A DNA stretch of 64,000 nt, taken from the IMG/VR virus record IMGVR_UViG_3300030339_000006. One strand, written 5' to 3'. A model generated the notes under the pieces. It was not told the DNA's origin and did not search any database. It saw nothing but the letters and a program-made list of their open reading frames with translations. Below are positions 27,652 through 35,519 of the stretch, piece by piece. The translations under genes and the position numbers were made by a program. This DNA is from a virus. Position 1 is the first letter of the stretch. Each line of letters opens with the position of its first letter.

Positions 27652-27802
27652 ACTTCGTGATCTTCGGCGGCTTGAATCCTACGGTCGCCTTAACCTTTTC
27701 AACCAGCTGACTCACTGAGCCCTGGCGGATCGCCTTCGGTCCCGGGATCACCGAGTTCGAAGCGACATTGTAATTCTGCGTGTAACGTGCGGGATTAATC
27801 AT
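27626..27802 (-). CDS. Small basic hypothetical protein (58 aa)
   Basis: GGAGG RBS and TAAAAT upstream on - strand; [11 protein letters not shown]...; convergent overlap with arfA. Confidence 0.6.
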   Translation of the reverse strand: MINPARYTQNYNVASNSVIPGPKAIRQGSVSQLVEKVKATVGFKPPKITKFMGKPLPL

Positions 27803-27867
27803 AGCGTACCTCCAAATTGATTTTACCCTGCCGTCAGTGTATAGTCGAGTAAAACAGGAGGCCTCCT

Positions 27868-28374
27868 ATGCTGCAACACATGCTCGTCACTGGATTCGAA
27901 TGCTCTAACGTCGCCAATCCAGAAACCGTCACCAAAATCACTGACTTCTCTTCAGCATCCGCCTGCACCGATGCCCTACTCGCTGTCCTGGCTGAAAAGC
28001 CCGGCAACTTCGTGTCTGTCTACATCGAGCTGTACAAAGAGTTAGAAAACGCCCATCCCTGGGACGAAATCATCATTCGCTACGCCTTTACCGGCGACCC
28101 CAATATCCTGATGTGCTCCATCATGGATTACGAGGGGGTGAGCCTCACCCAGGGTTTCTTCATCAGCATCAACCGGGAGACGAGAAAACTCGGTGGATTA
28201 CGCTCAGATGGACGTTCTGACGACGACGCGAAGGACGAAGTGATTAAAATCATCAAGGAATACGGAATGCACATCGACAGCGGAGTCCGCTGGAGTGCCT
28301 TCCTGCTGCATCAGTATCTGAGCGGCAACCTCGATAATTACTTCTCAGAAGAACGCTACATGGAGATCCACTAA
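27868..28374 (+). CDS. Hypothetical protein
   Basis: AGGAGG RBS; TAATG coupling to next gene. Confidence 0.75.
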   Translation: MLQHMLVTGFECSNVANPETVTKITDFSSASACTDALLAVLAEKPGNFVSVYIELYKELENAHPWDEIIIRYAFTGDPNILMCSIMDYEGVSLTQGFFISINRETRKLGGLRSDGRSDDDAKDEVIKIIKEYGMHIDSGVRWSAFLLHQYLSGNLDNYFSEERYMEIH

Positions 28375-30032
28375 TGACTGAGACCACCAAGACTCTTCAC
28401 CAACGTGTGTCGAGCCTGATCAAGAACCCGAAGCGTGTCAAGGGTGTGATCAAAGAAGCCGGCGTGCGTTTCGTACCGCCATCCCATTACCTTAAAGGTA
28501 AGAACGTTGCTGAGGCAGCGGAAAAGATCAAACAACTAAAAGCCCCGAAAGGGCTCAACGGAGAGACGCCAGTGCCTGGAGCATCTAAGTTTTTCAAAGA
28601 AGCAAGCCTGCTTGATACCGCTCGCGGTCTGATCAAAGCGGCCAAAGATGAAGCGGCCAAGGGTGCTGCAGCCGGTGCCGCTATCGGTGCGGCGAGTACG
28701 GCCGGCAAGATTTACAACGGCAAGCGCATTCTTGAACGCGGTGCAACGGCCCGTGGCGGTGTAGCGAATCCTAAGACGATCGCCCGCCTGGCCAAGACTA
28801 AGCTGAAACGCTCCATCCCAGGGATTGCCGGGGCAGCCGCTATCGGTGCCGCCGCCGGAGCTGCGATCAAAGGAATGAAGAAGGAAGCCAGTATCGCATC
28901 CACTGCTAACCGTGCCGGGCGTGCGGTAGAAGCCTTCAAGGCTCGTACTAAGATGAAACCGGTCTTCGAAATGGCTGACGTGAAGGGTAAAGCGAAGGCG
29001 GCCCTGAAGAAAGCTGTCGTTCCTGCTGCTGTCCTGGCCGGTGGCGTTGCTGTCACTAAGAAGAACGAGAGCATGAAGAAGGAAGCTTCTGAACTCGTGA
29101 TGAAAGATGGCAAGAAGTACCGTAAAGGTACCGTTGCATCTGCGGCGAATAAGGTCGGTACTGCCGGTGCCGTTCTCGGTGCCATAAAGGGTAAGGGTAT
29201 CAAGCAGATTGCCAAGGGTGCTCTGAGTGGTTCCGTTCTCGGCGGTGGCTACGGTACTCTGCGTGGGGCCAACCGTATCCGTAAGGGTGAGATCTCTCTG
29301 GATAAGAAGGAAATGTCCCAGCTGACCAAGAAGGCGGCGGAGAAGTTGACCCACAAGGGTGTGACTTACCGTCGTGGTACCGTCGGTTCTGCCGCTAAGA
29401 AAATGGCAGTCGGCGGTGCAGCTCTCGGTGCTGGTGTAGGTATGGCAGGTATGGGCCCTGCCGGTGGCGCCATGGCCGTCCCGGGAGCTGCTCAGGGTGC
29501 CGTTACCGGGGCGCTGTACGGCCTGGCCCGCGGTGTCCTGCGTGCTCAGAAGGGTGAGCGCTCAATGGCTCCGGCCGAGTTTGACCGTTTGAAACACCGT
29601 CTGACCAAGGAGGCGGCGGAGTTGATAATTCGCGACGGGAAAAAGTACCGTAAGGGCAACGATGCTTCTGCAACGGCCTTAATGGGGGGTATCAATGCCA
29701 CCCTTGCAGTTCCTAACGCGGTTAAAACTGTGCAGCAACACCGTACAGCGGGGATTAAGGTCCCTACTAAAGCAATAGCGAAATACCTCGGAGCGGCTAC
29801 TGCTGCTGGGGCTGCAACGGGTTACATCTACTCCAAGGTCCGTGGAATCGGTCGTGATCGTCGAGGCGAAACCTCTGTATCCCACACTCGTTTCCAAGAG
29901 CTGAAGAAGAAAGCGGAACTCTCCGTCGGTGACAAGGGTACCGAAGAGATGAAGAAGGTTGTTAAATCCGGTGGTAAATCAGGCAAGATGGCCCAAATGA
30001 AAGGGTCTGATAAAGGTCCTAAGGGGGCATAA
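28374..30032 (+). CDS. Repetitive Lys/Ala/Gly-rich polyprotein-like protein with glycine-zipper modules
   Basis: Seven K-[EK]-A junctions; three homologous K-x-Y-R-[KR]-G modules. Confidence 0.85.
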   Translation: MTETTKTLHQRVSSLIKNPKRVKGVIKEAGVRFVPPSHYLKGKNVAEAAEKIKQLKAPKGLNGETPVPGASKFFKEASLLDTARGLIKAAKDEAAKGAAAGAAIGAASTAGKIYNGKRILERGATARGGVANPKTIARLAKTKLKRSIPGIAGAAAIGAAAGAAIKGMKKEASIASTANRAGRAVEAFKARTKMKPVFEMADVKGKAKAALKKAVVPAAVLAGGVAVTKKNESMKKEASELVMKDGKKYRKGTVASAANKVGTAGAVLGAIKGKGIKQIAKGALSGSVLGGGYGTLRGANRIRKGEISLDKKEMSQLTKKAAEKLTHKGVTYRRGTVGSAAKKMAVGGAALGAGVGMAGMGPAGGAMAVPGAAQGAVTGALYGLARGVLRAQKGERSMAPAEFDRLKHRLTKEAAELIIRDGKKYRKGNDASATALMGGINATLAVPNAVKTVQQHRTAGIKVPTKAIAKYLGAATAAGAATGYIYSKVRGIGRDRRGETSVSHTRFQELKKKAELSVGDKGTEEMKKVVKSGGKSGKMAQMKGSDKGPKGA

Positions 30033-30670
30033 TGAAAGACAGTGATAAGGCAGTAGCCGGCGGGGCCGCAGCAGTGGTCCTCGGACATAAAGCACCGAAG
30101 AATATCCTGGGTTACGAGAAGGTTCACCACGGCACCAGTACAGAAGCTGCGGCCAGTATTCGTAAGACTGGTCTGCAGAAGAGCAAGTCGGGTACCGGTG
30201 TGTCAGCTAACGATGCAGCGATCGGTCGTGCCAAGATTGAAGAACTGAAGGGTAAAGTCTATACCGCCAAGATCAAGGCGACGGCGGATGCCCACCAGCC
30301 CGGCTTCCTGGGCCACAAGATGGGTGATACGGTCACTGCCCGTGTTCCTTATCGTGCTCCTCACCGCCTGGCGAAGGATAAAGTCTTCTCAGACCTGGTT
30401 GACCAAGCGAAGGGTGCGGAGAAGACCTCTGGGAAACATCAGCTGAAGAATCTGCGTATCTACAAGCACTCTATCCACCAGCGTTTCATCGAAGGGCCGG
30501 AGTATAAGGGTACCAAGCAGTTCGCCACCAAGGGCAACATCCGTCGTTATCTCGGTCAGGCCGGCGGTAAAGCCCGCTTCGCCAAGGGTGTCGCTCAGGC
30601 GGTAGGTGCCGGAGCTTCCGGTCTCTACGCTGCCGCTCACGCTCTGAAGGCGGCTAAGGAGAAAGTGTGA
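30032..30670 (+). CDS. ADP-ribosyltransferase-fold protein flanked by Gly/Ala hydrophobic segments
   Basis: HHGTSTEAAASIRKTGL...GKVYT. Confidence 0.7.
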   Translation: MKDSDKAVAGGAAAVVLGHKAPKNILGYEKVHHGTSTEAAASIRKTGLQKSKSGTGVSANDAAIGRAKIEELKGKVYTAKIKATADAHQPGFLGHKMGDTVTARVPYRAPHRLAKDKVFSDLVDQAKGAEKTSGKHQLKNLRIYKHSIHQRFIEGPEYKGTKQFATKGNIRRYLGQAGGKARFAKGVAQAVGAGASGLYAAAHALKAAKEKV

Positions 30671-30987
30671 GTCTATACGATATTGCCCTAGGTATCCTCA
30701 AAGAGGCCGCCAATATCGAGGAGTTGAAAAAACAGCGGGATAAAGGACGGGGTAAGATTCTCGGCAGTGCCGCTACTATGGGCATTCTCCCCGCAGTAAT
30801 TGGCACTCAGGTGGCAGCGTATGATGTGGGTCTGAAGAAACTACCGAGCCGGGAGGGCATAAAGGCCATTGCCCGTCACGGTAAAGGTTCTGCCAAGATG
30901 ATGGGGAAATACATAGCCCCGATGGCAGGGGCAGCCACCCTTATCAACGAAGCTCGTTATCATATCCGTAAGCGTAAAGCTGATTGA
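30667..30987 (+). CDS. KEA-family small protein
   Basis: MSLYDIALGILKEAA leader followed by basic/Gly-Ala module. Confidence 0.7.
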   Translation: MSLYDIALGILKEAANIEELKKQRDKGRGKILGSAATMGILPAVIGTQVAAYDVGLKKLPSREGIKAIARHGKGSAKMMGKYIAPMAGAATLINEARYHIRKRKAD

Positions 30988-30989
30988 TC

Positions 30990-31018
30990 TTGTAAAAGGT
31001 TAGCCCTTGGTTCATACT
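30990..31018 (+). promoter_or_regulatory. Sigma70-like promoter upstream of acb2
   Basis: TTGTAA-17-CATACT. Confidence 0.5.
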
Positions 31019-31040
31019 GAGGGCTCAACCTGGAGAACCT

Positions 31041-31268
31041 ATGAAAGACCAACACACTCTGATTAAGGGCTACCGCGACCTCACAGCGGACGACATCGAG
31101 CAGATGAACCAGATCAAGTCAGCCGGTAACGCACTGGGTGCCCTGATTGAAGCACTGCAGGAACTGGACGGCTTCGACCAACGCTTCATCGCACTGGGCA
31201 AGAGCGACATTCAGAAAGGCCTGGCGATGGTCATCCGCGGTATCGCACAACCGTCGACCTTCTGCTAA
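31041..31268 (+). CDS. acb2: Anti-CBASS protein Acb2 (cyclic oligonucleotide sponge)
   Basis: QH..IKGYRDL...MN..K...R..A.GK.DIQ.G....R.IAQP..F signature. Confidence 0.9.
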   Translation: MKDQHTLIKGYRDLTADDIEQMNQIKSAGNALGALIEALQELDGFDQRFIALGKSDIQKGLAMVIRGIAQPSTFC

Positions 31269-31587
31269 TGGAGTGGTGGATGGTGTGCAACCTGATTCTC
31301 GCTGTCGGTATTCTCCTTATGATGATCTACAGCGATCTGATGGAGGCCAACATCAAGTATCGCCAGACCGGAGACAGCACTCCGATCAAAGAAGAAGTCG
31401 TTTGGTGGGCATTCCTCATCATACTGTTTAGCTAAGGCCCTCCGGGGCCTTTTTTGGAGCTATCATGACCCTTACCTGGACACTGGCGATCATCGCCTTG
31501 ATAATTATTTTGATCATCATAATCGGCTATCCACAAGTCTTTCTCATCATCGGGGATATCCTTTCCATCTTTTTTGATTAAAACCTG

Positions 31588-31616
31588 TTGACAGTTTTGA
31601 GTGGGTTAGTTAAAGT
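31588..31616 (+). promoter_or_regulatory. Sigma70-like promoter for tRNA cluster
   Basis: TTGACA-17-TAAAGT. Confidence 0.7.
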
Positions 31617-31786
31617 TAACCCATCGCTCCCCGGTAGCTGGGAGCCTAAATGTTGAGGAGCCCAGTACGTGGACCTTCTCTGATAAGCTGCTAGACAGGG
31701 TTTGTAATCGAGGTTTTCTGCTTTTCCCTTGGTTAATTTTTCCCATATCGTCAGTAGCCCCGCTGATGTCGAAAGAGGGGCTTTAT

Positions 31787-31862
31787 GGTTCTGTAGCTCA
31801 GCGGTTAGAGCGCTCGCCTGTTAAGCGAGGGGTCGGTGGTTCGAATCCACCCAGTTCCGCCA
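31787..31862 (+). tRNA. tRNA-Asn(GTT)
   Basis: ctcgc-ct-GTT-aa-gcgag, CCA. Confidence 0.9.
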
Positions 31863-31921
31863 ATTTAGGAGGATCGATGTTAACATCAGAACAGTGTCGA
31901 TCTTACGAGAAGTTTTGTGTA

Positions 31922-32006
31922 GGGGCGGTGGCGAAATTGGTAGACGCACCGGATTTAGGTTCCGACGGGGAAACCCGTGAGAGTTCGAGTCTCTCCCGCC
32001 CCACCA
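31922..32006 (+). tRNA. tRNA-Leu(TAG)
   Basis: Class II, A73, CCA. Confidence 0.9.
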
Positions 32007-32091
32007 GAGTTCATATGGCTACATACCTTTGCGTCCGAACCTCGCCAGAGGTCGAGTCTACTCTGTCGGTGTGGCGCCATATGAATTCTTC

Positions 32092-32167
32092 GCCTTTATA
32101 GCTCAGTTGGTAGAGCAACCGCCTTGTAAGCGGTAGGTCCTGGGTTCGAAGCCTAGTGAGGGCACCA
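32092..32167 (+). tRNA. tRNA-Thr(TGT)
   Basis: accgc-ct-TGT-aa-gcggt, CCA. Confidence 0.9.
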
Positions 32168-32169
32168 AT

Positions 32170-32244
32170 GCATCCCAAGTGTTGATGGTGGCACGACGTC
32201 CTTCCAAGTCGTAGGGACCGGTTCGAGACCGGTGGGTTGCTCCA
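32170..32244 (+). tRNA. tRNA-Gly(TCC)
   Basis: U73, CCA, TCC anticodon. Confidence 0.85.
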
Positions 32245-32255
32245 ATTGAGGACTT

Positions 32256-32429
32256 ATGGATAATATCCGTTCGTTTTGTAAGTTAGTCTTGATCACTCTG
32301 TTCGTGGCCGGATTCATAGCGATGGTCTACGCGGTGATCGGAACCGTCCTACTCGTAGGGGTTCTTGCAGTATGCGTCATAGCTTTTTTAGCTCTCGTTA
32401 AACAGACCTGGAAGGATATGAAGCGGTAG
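32256..32429 (+). CDS. Small membrane protein whose TAG stop lies within the next tRNA
   Basis: GAGGA RBS; manually translated 57 aa, hydrophobic. Confidence 0.55.
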   Translation: MDNIRSFCKLVLITLFVAGFIAMVYAVIGTVLLVGVLAVCVIAFLALVKQTWKDMKR

Positions 32430-32500
32430 TGTAGCTCAGTCGGTAGAGCGGCTCCCTCATAAGGAGTAGGCCGGTGGATCGTGCCCACCCATTACCACCA
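32425..32500 (+). tRNA. tRNA-Met/Ile2(CAT), elongator type
   Basis: gctcc-ct-CAT-aa-ggagt; atypical T-loop GATCGTG. Confidence 0.8.
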
Positions 32501-32602
32501 TTTTGATGCAGTCGGTAGTCCCGGAGGTGATCAAAATCTTGATGGTCATAATTGACAAGCCATTCCGTCACGCCGTGAGGCACCACGAGAATGACGAACT
32601 AT

Positions 32603-32679
32603 AGCGGGGTAGAGCAGTCAGGTAGCTTGCTAGGCTCATAACCTAGAGGTCGGTGGTTCAAATCCATCCCCCGCTTCCA
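32603..32679 (+). tRNA. tRNA-Met(CAT), initiator-like body
   Basis: agcgggg-tagagcagtcaggtagc D region typical of fMet; A1-U72, U73. Confidence 0.8.
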
Positions 32680-32682
32680 ATC

Positions 32683-32843
32683 GGGTAGAAGTTTCCACCG
32701 CGGCCGTGGCGTTCCGGAGCAAAACGGCGGTAGGTTCCTTAGGAGGTTCAGGAAACACTTTCAGGATTAGAGACTGAGTAGGCCGGCCGGCTGGAAGGTT
32801 GATAGACTGAGAGATCGGGGTTCGAATCCCCTTCTACTCGCCA
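32683..32843 (+). ncRNA. 161-nt tRNA-like RNA with large D- and anticodon-arm insertions
   Basis: gggtaga/tctactc acceptor, G-CCA, canonical GGTTCGAATCC T-arm, gtttcc/ggaaac D-stem. Confidence 0.65.
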
Positions 32844-32874
32844 CACCAATGCATCCTTCCGAGGGCTCATTGGT

Positions 32875-32949
32875 GTGGTCGTATCATAATGCTAATGATC
32901 CTCCCTGTGAAGGAGGCCTATGCGAGTTCACGCCTCGTCGACCACCCCA
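32875..32949 (+). tRNA. tRNA-His(GTG)
   Basis: cctcc-ct-GTG-aa-ggagg, C73, CCA; position -1 is T. Confidence 0.85.
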
Positions 32950-33099
32950 AGTATCCCAGGTGATACTTTTCTTAAGGTTTCACCTCTTTTAGTAACCCCG
33001 GAGGCACTATGCGATCAGAGAGTATTGCTAAAATGATGAAGCTCGCGGAACGTATCAATGAGATCGTTGCCGAGATGGAAGTTCGTAAGGCGGCTTACC

Positions 33100-33297
33100 T
33101 TGAAACCTTACGGTCTTAAACCCGGCGGTTCTCCCGGTTGCTCCTGTCGCGGTTGTCGTACCCGCGGGGTTCGGGAAGACCAAGTCATCCTCGTAGCGAA
33201 AGCGTTCGCTCGAAGAGAGGGTAAACGCGAAGCACGAACATGGCGGGCTGGCAGAGTGTCTATGCACTGGATTGCAAATCCAGATTACGAAGGTTAG
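33100..33297 (+). CDS. Small basic protein (MKPYG...CSCRGC) reading into tRNA-Cys
   Basis: TTG start; stop inside tRNA T-arm. Confidence 0.45.
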   Translation: MKPYGLKPGGSPGCSCRGCRTRGVREDQVILVAKAFARREGKREARTWRAGRVSMHWIANPDYEG

Positions 33298-33316
33298 AAT
33301 CCTTCGCCTGTCTCCA
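33242..33316 (+). tRNA. tRNA-Cys(GCA)
   Basis: ctgga-tt-GCA-aa-tccag, U73, CCA. Confidence 0.9.
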
Positions 33317-33323
33317 AATAAGC

Positions 33324-33352
33324 TTGACCCATCAGCACATTTATCGTACTAT
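33324..33352 (+). promoter_or_regulatory. Sigma70-like promoter
   Basis: TTGACC-17-TACTAT. Confidence 0.7.
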
Positions 33353-33361
33353 CTCCTCAAC

Positions 33362-33437
33362 GGGGGCTTGTTCTAGCGGCTACGATGCTGGCCTCCAAAA
33401 CCATGCGACGAAGGTTCGAGTCCTTCAGCCCCTGCCA
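33362..33437 (+). tRNA. tRNA-Trp(CCA)
   Basis: ct-CCA-aa loop, G73, CCA. Confidence 0.85.
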
Positions 33438-33446
33438 GGAGATACG

Positions 33447-33779
33447 ATGAAACTTGTCATTTTAGAATCACCCTTTGCCCCGACGAACGGGAAGACCCTC
33501 GACGAAAACATCGCGTACGCACGTGCCTGTGTCCGTCACTCCCTGTCCCTCGGTGAGGCACCAATCGCCAGTCACTTACTGTACACCCAAGAAGGTATCC
33601 TCGACGACTTCATTCCTGAAGAGCGTGCGTGGGGTATCGAAGCCGGTTTAGCCTGGAAGCAGGTCGCCAACGGTTCCGTCGTGTACGTCGATTTCGGCGT
33701 CTCGAAGGGGATGGAATATGGCATTCAAGCAGCCATTGCAGCCGGCCTTTCTGTAGAATACCGGAGGATTTATGCTTAA
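33447..33779 (+). CDS. DUF4406/nucleoside deoxyribosyltransferase-like protein
   Basis: LESPFA...EAPIASHLLY...ER..GI..G...SKGMEYG. Confidence 0.7.
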   Translation: MKLVILESPFAPTNGKTLDENIAYARACVRHSLSLGEAPIASHLLYTQEGILDDFIPEERAWGIEAGLAWKQVANGSVVYVDFGVSKGMEYGIQAAIAAGLSVEYRRIYA

Positions 33780-33945
33780 GTACGCTGATCTGCTCCACAC
33801 CGCTGGCTTGATCACCGACGCGTTCCACGCTGACCTGCACGCTGCAGTCAAGGATCGCTCCCTGTTTCTTCTGCTGGCACTGAAACTGCTCGACGTAATC
33901 CGTCGTGTTCTTTCCAACCTGCACTCTCAGAAGGTAACCGCATGA
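33772..33945 (+). CDS. Small protein, possible paralogue of 33942..34124
   Basis: GGAGG RBS; LHTAGLI vs LHTRGVI. Confidence 0.55.
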   Translation: MLKYADLLHTAGLITDAFHADLHAAVKDRSLFLLLALKLLDVIRRVLSNLHSQKVTA

Positions 33946-34124
33946 ACATCGAAGACCTCGTTAAATTTAAACAGATCGCCCGCCGCCTGCACACCCGTGG
34001 CGTGATCTCCCAGAACCTGTGCCTACGGATTCTCGGCCTGAAAGAACCGAAGTACCGCGTTCAGTCCTGGCTGATCTCTGCAGGATTTGCCCTGTGCAAA
34101 CTCGCTCTGAAGCACTCGAAATGA
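33942..34124 (+). CDS. Small hypothetical protein
   Basis: ATGA coupling on both sides. Confidence 0.6.
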   Translation: MNIEDLVKFKQIARRLHTRGVISQNLCLRILGLKEPKYRVQSWLISAGFALCKLALKHSK

Positions 34125-34414
34125 AGTATACCCGTAAGCCGTACGCAGTGGATGCTGTCCAGTTCAACGGACAGAATCACCTGAATATCTTCGAAGACTA
34201 CTGGCCGGACTGGATCCACCATGCCATAGCCTGCGGTGATGTACAGCTCTGCGGGGATTACTTTGAACTCTGGCGACCGGACCACACTTCCTGGGATCGC
34301 TTCGGGTTGGGCTGCTGGATCGTTCTGGACGACGGCGCCATTATTGGCGTCACCGCCGAAGAATTCTACCGGAGATACGATCGTGTCTACAATCGAAACG
34401 CCGATAATCGATAG
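34121..34414 (+). CDS. Conserved phage protein (RKP..V.AVQF family)
   Basis: MKYTRKPYAVDAVQFNG...F...Y. Confidence 0.7.
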   Translation: MKYTRKPYAVDAVQFNGQNHLNIFEDYWPDWIHHAIACGDVQLCGDYFELWRPDHTSWDRFGLGCWIVLDDGAIIGVTAEEFYRRYDRVYNRNADNR

Positions 34415-34637
34415 CGTATATACAATCAAAGTGACCCGAATCAAGGACTGGCATGCCCGTCTGTTCTTAAACGGGTTGCTGGTCGATGAAATGTCGTGTA
34501 AACTCCGTAGTGATATCGGATGGATCTGCCGTGAGATGATGCGGTGGGCCGATAAAATGGGAGGTGATAGTCATACCTCCAGTGCTCGCAGACGCCAAGG
34601 CCAAGCTGTGGGTAAAGTGAAATACCTGAGGAAATAA
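34383..34637 (+). CDS. Hypothetical protein
   Basis: GTG start after GGAG; IGWICREMMRW. Confidence 0.6.
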   Translation: MSTIETPIIDSVYTIKVTRIKDWHARLFLNGLLVDEMSCKLRSDIGWICREMMRWADKMGGDSHTSSARRRQGQAVGKVKYLRK

Positions 34638-34639
34638 CC

Positions 34640-34978
34640 ATGTTATAGACCAAACACTGGACCTACACGTTCGTTCGTACTGATCTGCCGCTCGAGCAGA
34701 TTCTCGTTCAATCCAACCACGCTTCCCACGAAGCCGCCCTGAAGTACCCCTACACCTCTGCTGAACCTAACTCGCTGATCGTCATTGGCGTGAAGAACCG
34801 TGCTGCCCTCGAAAAGGCCATGGCCCGCTTCGCTGCGTTCGACCCAACCCCTTTCTACGAGCCCGACTGGGAGTACGGCCTGACCGCCTTCACCACCCGT
34901 CCAGTGACCGAAGAAGAGCGTGCTGAATTCCGTAAGTATCAACTCTTCCGGAGGTCACATGTACGCAACCAATTTTGA
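34640..34978 (+). CDS. Pth2-like peptidyl-tRNA hydrolase with in-frame amber codon at position 3
   Basis: GAGG RBS, ATG TTA TAG then in-frame YTFVRTDL...VQSNHA...LIVIGV...FYEPD...LTAF. Confidence 0.8.
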
Positions 34979-35492
34979 TGACCTTCAGACCCGGATGGCC
35001 GCCACTGAGCAGACCGCCGGCGTCTCCGTTCTGGAACACGGCCACAGCGTCCACCAGCGGTACCAGGAGCTCCTTCGGGAGCTCAACCAAGGCAAGGGCA
35101 ACCCGACACTCCAGAAGGTCTGGGAGAGCGTTAGAGAGCGTCTGATGGACCCCGATCTGATCTGGCGGTATCAGGTGTATCACGACTGTGGCAAACCGGC
35201 CTGTGCCCAGGACGGACACTTCCCAGATCACGCAGAGCACTCAGCGAATCAGTGGGCCCTACTCTTCCCGGAAGACCCGGTCGTCGCTGACTTGATGCGG
35301 ATGGACATGCAGTTCCACTTGACGAACGCCGAGGACGCCCGGTCCTTCTGGGCACACCCGCTGGCCCCGACCCTCTACGTCACAGCCTGGGCGGAGATTC
35401 TGTCAAATGCCAGCATGTTCGGCGGAGAAGACTCCACGTCCTTCAAGATTAAGCGTAAGAAGTTAGAGCGTGCCGGGCGGGCGCTGTGGTAA
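34959..35492 (+). CDS. HD-domain protein
   Basis: EHG...YHDCGKP...HFPDHA; GGAGG RBS; overlaps pth gene end. Confidence 0.8.
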   Translation: MYATNFDDLQTRMAATEQTAGVSVLEHGHSVHQRYQELLRELNQGKGNPTLQKVWESVRERLMDPDLIWRYQVYHDCGKPACAQDGHFPDHAEHSANQWALLFPEDPVVADLMRMDMQFHLTNAEDARSFWAHPLAPTLYVTAWAEILSNASMFGGEDSTSFKIKRKKLERAGRALW

Positions 35493-35519
35493 AATCCTGG
35501 TATTCACAGGAGAATTATC

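Noticed and set aside
28487-29354. Long - strand ORFs (also 132..707, 20550..21200, 54083..54691, 58570..59199)
   Set aside because: Antisense shadows of well-supported + strand genes, with no RBS or motifs.
31750-31785. Hammerhead ribozyme (CTGATG...GAAA)
   Set aside because: Lacks the CUGAUGA core and the three-stem arrangement; retained only as a possible pseudoknot.
32683-32843. tmRNA
   Set aside because: Too short, no G3-U70/A73 alanine identity, has a D-stem, and no tag reading frame.
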